Shown here piece after piece: positions 50,901 to 64,000 of a stretch of 64,000 nucleotides of DNA. The translations under genes were made by a program, and so were the position numbers. Source of the DNA: Mizuhopecten yessoensis (Eukaryota); NCBI RefSeq assembly GCF_002113885.1, contig NW_018407841.1, forward strand, positions 103,996 through 167,995, given 5' to 3'. How positions within the stretch are numbered: position 1 is the first letter of the stretch; each line of letters opens with the position of its first letter. A model generated the notes under the pieces. The model made no database searches. It was not told the DNA's origin and was given only the letters and a program-made list of their open reading frames with translations.

Positions 50901-53900
50901 TCCTGAACTGTTGTGGTATCCATAGATTGATGGGCTCTACGTTTTTTAGGGATCAGGTCATCTCCTCAGTTCTTATTTTTTGTCTTCTTTTATGATTTAA
51001 TTTTAAACTTTGACCAGCTTGAAGGTAATAATTAATAAAAAAAAAAAAATCATTTTCAGCTATGTAAAAATATATTAAGTAACACAATGACATTTTTAAT
51101 TATGACTACAGGGATAATTTTAGTGGCGAAAGCAATGCCCTTTTGTATTTCAGGAGCAGAAATCTAAATATTTCCTTACTTACAAAACAAATATAAAAAC
51201 TATTTAAACATATTTGACGTCATTTGTATTTGAATTTATATTGAATATTTCGAAATTGTTATAACCGTTGTTAAACAATAACTCACCGTAACACACACCT
51301 GTCAGTGACTAACGATGGTTGGCATGCCCTAGTCAACCTTACATACAGGTAATTTACCAAGGTTTCACAGCCACCGCGGCATGGCAAGCCAAAGGGAGGG
51401 AAGCAGTCCCTTGTAGTGGCTGACCTGATACCACAAAGGTGAGCCTTCTCTCACAGAACCAGGCACCTGATGACGTTACACTTCCCCCGTCCTAGGGTCG
51501 AGTCCGGGGAGACCCGAGTTCCTAGTGGAATGGCGGATATCATTTAACCATTACCTTATCTCCACTGTGTTTGGGATATTAATCAAAACTCTGATCTCAA
51601 GTCTCACCTCGATCCCGTGTCGGTGTGTGAAGGAGGTCACTGGTTTAGTCCTTGTTTGGCCACCGTTTGGCATAAAGATATCCAGGCTTATATTCGTTTG
51701 ATCGATCCATAGTTTGATAACTGAGGGCTATATTTATGTTTCCTATATTTAATCCTGAATAATTCTTGGTTTGTTTTCCTTTGTCTATTCATTTCCTGTT
51801 ATATTTCAATATCAACATTGATACACAAGACGTTGGTGTGACCACTTGATAATATGGGTTGGGTTTCCTTGTTTTCTTTCTAAATTTACCAAGTGTTTTT
51901 TTACACGTATCTACATTAACACACACACGTGTTTATTTACGTACATTGTTACTAATTTGATCAAAAGAACCAGACGCTTCAAAGTCAACGCACAGACAAG
52001 CTCGGATATCAGATTTGATGCTAAATGCTGGTGACAGGTGCTCCGGAATGATCAGTATGCGAATACAATTATAGAAATATGTAGTACACCAGCGAAACGT
52101 GAACGGGAACGTGACGTGACTTTAATTGGGTTTAAACTAGATTGTTGTCGTCGATGAAGAAGAAGACGCTCACCCTTCCCGAACACCTGGTCTAGTTATT
52201 CTAGTTTTATCAGTAATGAGTTCACATTACTGTTTTGGGGACACTTTGGTATTCTCTTTTTTTCGCTTTTTTATTGTTGGAAAAAGAAATATGTCATGAT
52301 TACAGAACGAAGACGTTCCTTCTGTTTTAAATAATATATATGTTAATGTATAGAGTATGAAAGCCAAAAGTTCTCATAGAAGAAAGTACTGGTCATTTGT
52401 CTGTTGAAAGTGACAGAGTATTCACCGTACTGGATGTGCTATAGAAACCCGTTTATCAAAAAGAGCCATCGAGTTGATTCCAAGGGTTCAACATTTTCAA
52501 AACTTGTAAATATTTTTTTCTAAGGAAGCAATATAGTTAATGATATTTGGTCAGTAAAGTTTTTTCAGATAAGTAACCTCGAACGCCTTTCAATGTCTCG
52601 GGGTTTGAATGGGATAACCTTATTAATGTATGAAGTTTCGAATTCTTTACTTTTGTTTACTGTGAATGTCACAGATAAAGGATTTATTGCCAACAGCATA
52701 AAAACAATGTGAACGAAGCTTCGAAGGACATAAATTTATAGACACGGAACTGTTTATCGTGGCATCGTCATGCTAAATATAGTATCTTTGCACGAGATGA
52801 ATTAAAGGTTGGCATTTATATACATTTATATATATATATATTTTTTTTTAAAAGAACAAAGCATGAAGAACGACTATATAATTATATGGTTGGTTCTCTC
52901 GATGGATGTATTTAATCTACTCCAAATATCATGCCAGGGGTGTCGCCGAGGTTTAACATGACATTTCCATATACAGTAAACAATCTTCGTCAACATCTTC
53001 ACACCGACTAGCCGATTTAGAAATATACTCCACCCGGCCGATAAGGCCTGCGTAATGCCGCCCAAAGGCTGATAATGGCAGAACTACGCCATTATCTCGA
53101 GGGGGGTGTTGGTACTAATCTGTCAATCAGATTGATACGATTTGGAAATAGCAAAACCACGACGAAATATGTGATTTATACAGTGTATTCACTGGGTGAA
53201 CATTTATATTCTACAATATCCATTTATGAAAATTGCATAATATTGTTTAGCTTACTATATCGCCGTCACCGGCTAATAATTACATTAAACGCGCTGTTTA
53301 TTGAGTTGCCAATGACTTGCTTTACGTAAACGTCTCTCTTACTGAGAAGCTAACGAGGGAAAACCGGGTTAAACGAAAAATGGTATGTTAACTCAAACTC
53401 GATAAACCTAGGGCAAAATACGAACAAAGGGAAGATTTTCATTGATTTCCGGGGAGGTTTCCAGCTTCTATGAATGCAACTGGCTTTCAGTGTGGCATTC
53501 CTTACAGTTTGTAATGATGTAACAAATATTATTTAAGTTTGAAAATACACAAGGAAACTCAATTCAGAGTTTGCATTTTTCGTAATCAGTTGATATAATA
53601 GATCGATTTACGATCGATGATATTACAGCGGGTAGTTTTAGAAATCTGTTTTTGTCTACAAAGTTTGTTAGTTTTTTTCTGATTATTCCTACTTGGGTGA
53701 GGTGGTGACAACAAATAGTATCACCATTTATTTAAATGTAAGAGTAAATTGTGAAAAAATAAACAAATTTAAAAGATAAAATATAAAAAAGTTTTTTTTT
53801 TCTCTCGAAAACACAATGTAATAAACATGATTCACAGCAAACACACATAGGTAAAGATATCTAATGTTTCGGTTGAGAGTTTCCAAATGTTATTTTAAAG

Positions 53901-54137
53901 AGTTCGTACCAATAATTATAATGTATTTTATGAATGACGACATAAAAATGAACCCTGACAACTGTAGAGAGAGAGAGACGTTCCTGAGGTGACGGGAGGG
54001 GTCCACAATGGCTACACTTCCTAATCCAGCTGTGATACAGGGTGCGATACAGGTATTTATAGGACGTATATAGGTAGACACGTGGTCTTGTTTATATCAG
54101 ACCGGTTCTGGTCACACAGAAACATTTGTTCCTCAGG

Positions 54138-54188
54138 ATGGCCGCCACATTGTGTGTTCTTGTGTCTTTGGCTCTATACCCTTATATG
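54138..54188 (+). CDS. Notch-ligand-like gene, putative exon 1 (signal peptide)
   Basis: MAATLCVLVSLALYPYM in context aggATGg, donor gtaggt, phase 0. TATA-like sequences at ~54055-54098. Confidence 0.6.
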
Positions 54189-55723
54189 GTAGGTCTAATT
54201 GGTTTGATATCTTTAAATTGTAGGTCTTATTAGCTTTCTATCCTCATATGGTAAGTCTAATTCTGATATGGTAAACAACATTTATTGTTAATGATATTTT
54301 TTGTGGAATTTGGACATTATTATTAATATCACTTTTTTTTCTCTCTCACAGAATGAAAAACAATTTTATGATTAAAAGTATTCGGAAGCAAGGACAAAAT
54401 CATCTGTAAATCTAAAAGGTTAATTATTTTCTCTCCAAAAAAGGATCATATTCTCTTCTCAGTATGATATCTCTGTTCACTCCATTAATGACGCGCTATA
54501 TGTAGTATTTAGTCTTGGAGAAACTAATATTTAACAAGTATTGTGTAATGTTTCTCATCTATTATTGTTTTTCCTTATCTAAGAAATTAAGTCAGCAGAG
54601 TCCGTAACAATAGTTGATCCGGAAAAAATTGTATTTTAAGATTTATATAATGAAAAGATTAATACATATATGCTGAGTTTATGAATAACTTTTTAATAAA
54701 ACAAAATTGTCATTTAAGCAATGAATGTTTTAGCAAATGTTGTTATGGTCCTATAACATACAGTGCTATTGATGACAAACTTAATAGAGCCTGGTAGAGC
54801 TTTCCGTAAGTTTCTCAGCAATAGAAATGTGTGTTATCCATTATTTATATTTACATTTTGTAAAGAGTAGCTATGCTTTATTTTGTTATTTCCAACAGTT
54901 TTTGGACATTAAATCAAGTGTTGACAACAATGAAGTTGATGACGTCCCAATAGATTGGTGACGTTATAACAGCAAATGTTGTTATAGTCTCATAACAACA
55001 TTTGCCATTGCAAAACATATCAAATTAGCATGCATTTAATTAAACGAAGGAGCAGCAAGTTTCTCTTTCTCATGAATTGCTCTTCTAACACTTGATCTGT
55101 GAAACTTGTCGATACCAAACAGCTCCGAAACTAATATCTTATTTCAAATGTTTTTGTATAAATAAGTTCATTTACAGGTAAGTGTACGTGAAAAGAGGTT
55201 TAATTATAAAGGTAACATTGTTATATAGGGTTCGAGTTATACAGATTATAATGTATAATGAATATCAACCGGAAATTTACGCTTACCTGGATATTCTATA
55301 TCGTAATCTAATACGTCATAAGGGGTCATTGTTTAAAATATCATAAGTATAATTCCTTTTTGTTCGCTAAAATGCTTATTTCGCCTACAGATTTAAGGGG
55401 TTCCTTTTGACATTTCGGTTAATGATGTTGTCTTCCCTTTTGTTTTGGTGTCCTCACCTTATATGTAGTTACCTTCCTTGTTCTTGTGATAAAGCCCCTT
55501 TTTTAAGTTGCTGTCTTTGGTTTTCCCTTAATCTTGTGGTTGTTCTGTCCATTGTTTTGATATCCCCTCGGATCCTGTTATAGCATTTCCTTTTGTTTTG
55601 ATGACCCTCTGTTCCTGCTGTTGTCTGCACGTATCCGATTTTGTTCTTGTGTACTTACATTTCGTATACATTTCTCCTTCCTAACCGCGTTAATGGTACT
55701 ATATTTATTTTAACTTACTCTAG

Positions 55724-55884
55724 ACGAGTGCAGCTGCTGACATCCAGTTTCGACTGGAGGAGTTCTCATTGACCTCCGACCTCGGACTGATTCCTGCCTG
55801 TTGTGGACAGGAACCTGTTAACTCACCTGGATGTCTGTCTGTTTGTCCGTACCGTCTAAAGTTCTGTGTAGAATCTAACGAAAG
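55724..55884 (+). CDS. Notch-ligand-like gene, exon 2 (start of C2/MNNL domain)
   Basis: TSAAADIQFRLEEFS...ACC...GC..VCPYRLKFCV resembles the Delta pattern FEL.L.EF...CC...C...C.TFFRVCL. Phases 0 and 2. Confidence 0.75.
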
Positions 55885-56127
55885 GTGGGCATATTTTTAT
55901 ACATCCAATTTATGTCTTGGAATTCCGACAATTTATCTAGTTATTCCATGCGTTATAACATGATCATTTAGTATTACCTGAGACGTGTTTCCTTCCCGCC
56001 CCAACTACGAAATTGAATACGACATTTATAAGTTTAATTGATGTTTAAAATAAAACATGGTAAGATTCAAGGTATTCATATGATTCTTTAAATTAACCCC
56101 TCAAATGTAGCCATTAAACATTAAGAC

Positions 56128-57240
56128 ATTTCAACCGTAACAGACTTTAGGATATTTCAACCGTAACAGACTTTAGGTGATTTCAACCGTAACAGACTTT
56201 AAGATATTTCAACCGTAACAGACTTTCGGATATTTTAGCCGTAACAGACTTTAGGATATTTCAACCGTAACAGACTTTAGGTGATTTCAACCGTAACAGA
56301 CTTTAGGTGATTTCAACCGTAACAGACTTTAGGTGATTTCAACCGTAACAGACTTTAGGTGATTTCAACCGTAACAGACTTTAGGTGATTTCAACCGTAA
56401 CAGACTTTAGGTGATTTCAACCGTAACAGACTTTAGGTGATTTCAACCGTAACAGACTTTAGGTGATTTCAACCGTAACAGACTTTAGGTGATTTCAACC
56501 GTAACAGACTTTAGGTGATTTCAACCGTAACAGACTTTAGGAGATTTCAACCGTAACAGAATTTAGGTGATTTCAACCGTAGCAGACTTTAGGATATTTC
56601 AACCGTAACAGACTTTAGGTGATTTCAACCGTAACAGACTTTAGGTGATTTCAACCGTAACAGACTTTAGGTGATTTCAACCGTAACAGACTTTAGGTGA
56701 TTTCAACCGTAACAGACTTTAGGTGATTTCAACCGTAACAGACTTTAGGTGATTTCAACCGTAACAGACTTTAGGTGATTTCAACCGTAACAGACTTTAG
56801 GTGATTTCAACCGTAACAGACTTTAGGTGATTTCAACCGTAACAGACTTTAGGTGATTTCAACCGTAACAGACTTTAGGTGATTTCAACCGTAACAGACT
56901 TTAGGTGATTTCAACCGTAACAGACTTTAGGTGATTTCAACCGTAACAGACTTTAGGTGATTTCAACCGTAACAGACTTTAGGTGATTTCAACCGTAACA
57001 GACTTTAGGTGATTTCAACCGTAACAGACTTTAGTCGATTTCAACTGTAACAGACTTTAGGTGATTTCAACCGTAGCAGACTTTAGGATATTTCAACCGT
57101 AACTGACTTTAGGTGATTTCAACCGTAACAGACTTTAGGTGATTTCAACCGTAACAGACTTTAGTTGATTTCAACCGTAACAGACTTTAGGATATTTCAA
57201 CCGTAACAGACTTTAGGTGATTTCAACTGTAACAGCACTT
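56128..57240. repeat. Minisatellite, ~43 copies of 26 bp, intronic
   Basis: Unit atttcaaccgtaacagactttaggtg. Confidence 0.96.
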
Positions 57241-58675
57241 AAGACAATACAGACGTAACAGACCTTTGACCATTTCAGCCATAATGCAAACCTGTGACCA
57301 ACACTCTGATTTAAAAGGATTAATAACAGGAGTGAAACCATGCACTCGTTAAAGGATCAATAAAAGGAGTAAAACCATGCACTCGTTAAAGGTTTATGTT
57401 TAACCTATATGTTCTCTATAACGGGTTTATAGGCATCATTCCATTTATCTGTATTCTACTTGTAATTAGAAACACTAACGTCTAAACATAAGGAGAAAAC
57501 ATGGATTGGTTTTAATCTTTTTATCTTTAGTACCGTTGTTGAGTCTATACTAAACCAAAGGCTCATATTGTGCAGTAAAATTTTATTTATTTGGCTTTAT
57601 GCATTTAAAAACAACGTTTTCAAACAGGTGCTATATTTTTCGGATTTCTAATTTGTATAGTTAGGAGACCATTACTTTCAACAATAACAAAAGCCCTGTG
57701 CTAAATCTTTGATTTTTGTGGTCTTAAATGAACAGAAACATGTTTAAGCAGAGCGCAACATGTCTGAGCCTATATGCTATTAGCTATTATTATACCTCCA
57801 CTGATTTTCCCTATCTAAAAACAATATGATCAAATCTCCCTTTTCCTTACATTTCTTCATCTGTGGGTTATCCTCTCCCCAAAATAGGACTACTCCCCGC
57901 AAGAAAGGACTACTGTATATAATAAGAGTCAATTAAGTGCAGGATTTTGTAAATGTTTATATCAACTTATTTGGTCTTATATTTCAAATCGTACAAATTA
58001 CTTTACCTCCGATAGTCAGTTTGGAATAACCCTTTACAGGGGCTAGTAATTGTAGTTAACTATTTGCCCATTCATTGACCCTAAGTAGCCAGAGTTGGCG
58101 GTAGTAGCATACACAAACATGATAACACTTTCCAGTTTAAAACATCCAAACACGGGGAGTGAGTATAATCACATCGACCACCTTGAGACCCTGGGACTGT
58201 ATAAAACGTGTTCTAGTTTCACGGCTAAGCCCACTTAGTCATAATTCCCATACCTATGTTGATTTAGGGATTGACATGTTCATAGCGAGAGAAATATTTC
58301 GTCAAGAATCTGTCATTGTTTAACAGATAAACAAAGTTATCAACTTTAAACAAAGGTATTAGAGCAGTGCTGATGGTGGTATTACTGGTAGTCGCATTTG
58401 TTCGGAACGAGATTAATCAGAATGGTATGAATTATGTATGTCAACTTTTCAACACAGAATGTCAAAGGAAGACATCAATGAAGTAATACAATACATCAGC
58501 CATTTCTTACCATGCTAACATACACAAGCATATCATAGACCGGAACACGTAACTTCAAAGTGCTTGAAAGAGGGGATAAAAGGATAATTAGGAAAATATA
58601 AATATCGATGAACAGAGCGAGGGTAATTTATTTTTATGATAAATATAGATATAGATATTCAATTTTGATTGCGTG

Positions 58676-58677
<2 letters not shown>

Positions 58678-58738
<61 letters not shown>
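58678..58738. repeat. (CT)n microsatellite
   Basis: About 30 CT units. Confidence 0.98.
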
Positions 58739-58742
<4 letters not shown>

Positions 58743-60776
58743 TACATCAAAGTCTTTGAAATTAAAACAGGAACTTCAATTTTGATGTAGCGCTATAAGC
58801 ATTATTTTGATTTTTTTAAATTTCGTTATAAATTGGTCGATTCATTGCATGCACCATGCGATTAAATTTCTAGTCAATAAAGCCGATACGTTTGTGTAAT
58901 CTCATATAGATACATTGATTTGATTTTAAAGCACATTAGTTTATAATGCACAGAAGCAATACATATTAATCATTTTCTTAATTTTACTATTTACAAATAG
59001 CTGAAAAGATTCAATCCCCCAGGAAATCAATTCGTTCTAGATTACTCCTGAATAAAAAATGTATGTTCGTGATCAAATTATTTAGAAAAATCCTGGTTCT
59101 TTATGATTCGGTTACATTTTACGTTGCGGATATGAAATTTCACCCCTTCCCCAGTCGAATTTTTCTGCTATATAAGGACATTCAAAATAAACAAAAGTTA
59201 ATCCGCATTGCGAAAACGTTTTAAGAGATAAAAGATGAGACAGGTGTTTACATGGGGCGCGTTTTAATTACATTCCTCAAGCACCTGCCATCCAAATCTC
59301 ATTAAAATAGCAAACATCTAATATTTTATCAAAGCAACTGTTTGTGTAAATACACTGATAGCAATTTATCAAACTTCCTCATAGCACAATAACAAACACA
59401 TTTTGTATGACATTTAGCTGTATTCTCTAGCTGTGTAAAGTTTATATTATTATTTACTTCGGCTTTACGATAAGATACGGTTTTTTCCACTTAGTGTTCT
59501 GGACTGGCTTTTCTCCAATATATTGCAGTTCTAGTTTGACACAATCCAGCGTTGTTAGGCTTTTTACGGAAAGACGACGGAAGAAATAACTTTCAAAAAG
59601 AAAACATTGGTAAAACAAATTGCAAAAATCTGTGTTTAGGCCAGAAAGCCAATAGGTTAGACAGAAACAAGTCGTTATCGGGGGAACAGTCCCGTGTGTT
59701 AGCAACATACACATTTATACAACGGAATTAAGTTTCAACATTTTATAAAACATTCAGAAGCACGATCAATTACATTGGTTGAAAAATAATGTCTAAAACA
59801 ATCATTTGACATGTTTATTTAATACGTAAAATATGTATCTACAAACAAACGATGTTGGAAATCAATACTGGTGTCACTTTACCGCTCTAGTGAGGCAAAT
59901 ACGCACTAGAATTACAAGAGATGAAGCTCATATTTGAAAACGAATATATTGGAGATACAAAAACCAAACAAAGGAAACATTTGTACTGTATCATATATTC
60001 ATTTCTTCCATATAAGACACAGCAGTGGTACTAAAGGACAGAACAAACTAAAATACATCTAAAGTGTTTTGATACATATGTAGATTACAGAAAAAAGGAA
60101 AGGTGTTTATTAAACCATTATAGCGTTACGATTGCATATTATCTTTGAAGACTTATTTATACTCAAACTTGTATTTTATGTAAGCCCCGACAATAGTAAA
60201 TTCTAATAACGTTACATAACAATATTTCGGATACCTCTTTGATGGTTGTGCCTTATTCACTGATTAACGTTACTGATATTTGCTATAGAGAGTAAATGTA
60301 TGGTTAGGTGAACGGAGCACACACACAGGTAATCGTACATGAGTTAAAGTGCATCATACAGCTGTTTTGACCTTCGATAACTGTTACACATTTTATCTTT
60401 TGTTTGAATATGTTTCTCTTCGCAATAAACTGTTCAAACCCTAGATCCCAGATATATTCTTAAGATATTAAGATTTTAATAGTGTTACTTACATTAAGAG
60501 TTTTGCTGACAATTTTAGCAATTTATATTCAACATATATAGTTTTATCTTCCGTACCATGTCGTCCCACAAAAAGACCCAATTAACGTAAATACACATAA
60601 TTCCGTATCCCCGACCAGTAAATGTGTGCGGCGTCTGAGATAAAATAAAGTGTTCTGTAACATAAAAAACCCCGTCAAAATGTCTCCAGTCAACTTTAGT
60701 GTTTTACACCCTAAGCATTCGTATCGTTTGTACAATGGTTTTTGAGACACAAATTGAAATGTTGTCATTTTCCCAG

Positions 60777-60858
60777 GCAGATGTGTTCACAAGCGTACCC
60801 ACTTGACAGTCGGGGTCAGGAGAAGGATGTCACTCATATTAGCCTGGCAAACATAGAG
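60777..60858 (+). CDS. Notch-ligand-like gene, exon 3
   Basis: ttttcccag|G QMCSQAYPLDSRGQEKDVTHISLANIE|gttggt. Phases 2 and 0 bridge the neighbouring exons. Confidence 0.6.
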
Positions 60859-61006
60859 GTTGGTATGATAGGTTAAATAGAACTCCTCCTAATGTTTTGG
60901 TAATGTGCTTTGATTTTGATTGCCTATTTCCCGTGCTCTTATTTTAAGACTTATACTCCGAATCGTTTAAAATTTTAATGTTTATAAATAACGCACGTTT
61001 TTTCAG

Positions 61007-61146
61007 ACTAGGATGGTGGTTCACATACATTTGATAACTGATACAGAGGAGGAAGACATTCTGATGGACGTTCCAGTCATCCCCGTTTCTGTTGGTGATA
61101 TTAGAATTGTGTCTGGCAAATGTCAGAGAAACAAATTCAAGTGCAG
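61007..61146 (+). CDS. Notch-ligand-like gene, exon 4
   Basis: ttttttcag|TRMVVHIHLITD...KFKC AG|gtaatt. Open frame, phases 0 and 2. Confidence 0.7.
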
Positions 61147-61787
61147 GTAATTAAGAAAGGGAAATAACAAACTATAAGTACAGGTTATTTAAAAAAAGAT
61201 ACGTTTACAGCATACCGTACATTTTTATGTATATTTGGAAAATTATTTCAATTATAATGCTGTAAGGTGTTCGTGATAAACATAAAAAAATGTCTGTTTA
61301 TAATCATAAAACAAAATAGCAGATCTAACAAAGAAACCTTTCATGAATGAAGTCTTCTTCTACAAAATTAAGTTCCTCTTGTATTTCGTCCATGTAACAT
61401 AATAAATTATGCCTTCTTCTACAAAATATAGTTCCACTTGTATATCGCCATGCACCATAATAAATTATGCCTTCTTCTACACATGTAACATAATGAATTA
61501 TGCCTTCTTTTACGAAATGTAGTTCCACTCAAATCTCATCCTTTGTAACACTACATAGTATGCTTTTTACTTCTAAATGTAGTTCTGATTATAAAACTGT
61601 GTTTCTGAATTAGCGTCCTCCACTACAATACGTCGTGTCTATTTGATCCGTTTATACCCATATATTCCTTATTGTGCTGACTGTACTAGTTTCAGCCAAT
61701 TTTCGTTTGATAATTTACACTTCGATGATAAGAAGAATTGTTTTTCGCTGACTGTGTCATTAGTTTGTTTTTCGTTATTTGTTTTAG

Positions 61788-63070
61788 TATGAGAGCCGCT
61801 ATAGCTATCAATTGCGAGCCTAATTTCTACGGTGAAGACTGCTCCAATTATTGTCTACCTCCAAACAACTGTTCTCGATATATGTATCATGAGAAAAACT
61901 TGGACCCAGTTATGGCTTCGGTCATTCGCAGATCTATTGCAACGAATTTAAGTTCAAGGGTATTAACTTGTTCCAACAGTAATTGTCAGAATTTTGGTAA
62001 ATGTGTGTCTGGCGTGTGTGAATGTGTGCCAGGATTTACCGGAGATTTATGTGAGATAGACATTCTGGAGTGTGAGACCAACCCTTGCATTCATGGTAGG
62101 TGTATAGAACCTAACGTCCCTAACACATACTATTGTGAGTGTGACAAGGGCTACACTGGGACGAACTGTGACGTGAGAGGTACGGGTACGACAAACAGCA
62201 CAGGAATGCCAATGTGTCCGAACTGTTATTACAATGGGTCTTGCTACAGTAAACAAGTTAATCCAGTACAAAACCAATCTCCGGGATGTCAACCGCACAA
62301 ATACGGTAATAATTGTAACGTCACGTGTATCCCCCAGAACACATGTGGAGGCGGCCATTACGAGTGCAACCCTACAACAGGTGAAAGGGACTGTCACGGA
62401 GGCTGGAGTGGGGATAATTGTACTGTCCGTAACGTGTCCAAATCATGCGATCCAGAGTGTCCGAACGTCCGCTGTAAAAATGACGGAACGTGTTTCAATG
62501 GAACTTGTTGTTGTCTGCCAAAATATACAGGGAAATATTGTGAAAGGGTAAAAATCTTCTGCGACAAGATGCCATGTAAAAACAACGGAATCTGTACGAA
62601 CATGGAGGATGGGTATTCCTGTCAATGTCGTCAAGGTTATGGGGGCATAAATTGTGAAAATAAAATCACAACACATCCTTCTACGTTCTCCACACCATCG
62701 TCTTCCCCAACAGACAGGAGTAAGGCACCAACAAATCCCAAACCATCTACATCACAATCTACAGCAAAATCAACGACTACCAGCAAACCAACAACAACTA
62801 CGTCAAAACCAACGAGCACAAGCCAACCAACCACACAGTCTACTTCAACAACGAGGTCAACAACTGCGCCTACAACGCCGAGGCCAACAACCACTGTAAA
62901 ACCAACCACAAGTACAACTACCACTAAACCAACCACCACCACGGCTACCACGACAGACAGACCAACCACGACTGCAAAGCCACTCGTGACACACAATCTC
63001 CTTGTGAACGGGAAAATAAAGGACAAGGACATTTCTAAACTGGAGAAGTTATTGAATGATGTGCTGAAAA
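61788..63070 (+). CDS. Notch-ligand-like gene, large exon: partial DSL, 2 EGF, DSL, 2 EGF, Thr/Pro-rich stalk
   Basis: Inside the 456-aa ORF. DSL-type CQPHKYGNNC..TC...GHYEC...GERDCHGGWSGDNC and EGF C.C..G[FY].G..C motifs. Acceptor ttttag, donor gtgagt. Confidence 0.88.
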
Positions 63071-63547
63071 GTGAGTGTCTGGAAGTTGGAATAATTTACG
63101 CATGTTAAATAAATTGATGGATGAATTTTGAAAAAAAAATAATTAGAGAATTGTGCATTTTTGAAATTTAATTTTAATGAGCTGTCTTTATGAACCTTAT
63201 AGATCTGATGAACAGTTCTTATTGCTAATTTCAAATTTTGCAGACGCATTATTAATCAATAAACGTATGAAGCTAAAGTAAGCATAACATAAAAAAATGA
63301 ACATGATATTTAGCAAGTATGTATTAAGAAAACAAAATCAGATCTGACGACCGACTACAAAAACTAGCTTCATGTACACTCATCCTACACATTATTGCTC
63401 TTCATGTTTGTTTCATGCAGAGCCATTTGAAGGGTGAAAGCAGCTAGTTTTGTAGGCAGTCGTTCGATGTTATTTGTTCTATACTTACCTACTTCAAATG
63501 GATTTTTTTTTATCCTATTTATATATATATATGTGTCATCATTGCAG

Positions 63548-63608
63548 ATCTGAATTGTACGAAAGGAGCCAAAATTGTCGACTTTCATCATTTAATCAAC
63601 GACATTAG
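63548..63608 (+). CDS. Notch-ligand-like gene, next exon
   Basis: ttgcag|..LNCTKGAKIVDFHHLINDI AG|gtacg. Phases 1 and 2 fit. Confidence 0.6.
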
Positions 63609-63875
63609 GTACGCTTTATACTGGTAATTTACCAAGAGCATTCTAGTTTTTATGCATTATGAAATTATTCAAGCGAGAATAATTGAAATATTTTCAGACA
63701 GGTATTTGTTAAAACTAACTTAAAAAGCACTACATGAGAATAGTTAATACTTTGTCGGGCTTGGACAGTTTCTCTCTTACCTGGCAATGATTTGCCAGTA
63801 TGTCAATCCGTTATGCATTGTCCGTATATACAGTTAGTCGTGGGTGTTAATTTTGATATACTTGGTATAATGCAG

Positions 63876-64000
63876 GGAACAAGTCACCAGCGTTGATATT
63901 GCCTCAGAGTGTATCCATGGTAAGACACTGGACCCAAACATTGTGTCGATGTTGAACGGTTTACTAGGAAGAACACCGCCTTTCCGGAGTAGTGGTAATC
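63876..64000 (+). CDS. Notch-ligand-like gene, next exon (3' end uncertain, may run off the window)
   Basis: tgcag|G EQVTSVDIASECIHGKTLDPNIVSMLNGLLGR... open to the window end. Possible donors after 63918 or 63994. Confidence 0.5.

Noticed and set aside
62637-63032. Val-rich minus-strand ORF
   Set aside because: Antisense shadow of the Thr-rich stalk codons.

Overview
AT-rich animal genomic DNA with spliceosomal introns. The repeat landscape suggests a mollusc, probably a bivalve (inference). Genes: (1) the 5' part of exportin-2/CSE1L on the minus strand, with three coding exons at 4677-1239, running off the left edge; (2) a plus-strand cluster of XK-related (XKR) scramblase-family genes, made of one canonical-looking 3-exon gene (13748-21373, ~589 aa), three complete recent tandem paralogs (29618-31895, 38109-40440, 45627-47990) and two extra exon-1 copies at single-N assembly joins; (3) a divergent Delta/Serrate-type Notch-ligand-like gene (54138 to >64000) with signal peptide, C2/MNNL domain, DSL, EGF repeats and a Thr-rich stalk. 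Between them lie many minisatellites, tRNA-derived SINEs, HINE/Helentron-like elements, MITEs and a 390-bp TRIM with tRNA-like LTRs. Main observations: minisatellites built from a gene's own splice junction (10 acceptors in CSE1L, ~32 donors in XKR-A); tail-less XKR paralogs with an N-terminal DQVDG caspase-type site and altered TM1/TM3 residues; exon fragments copied into nearby non-coding DNA; and a satellite whose unexpanded seed is visible in a paralogous copy. All gene models were built by hand from GT-AG sites and phase continuity, and no database search was run.
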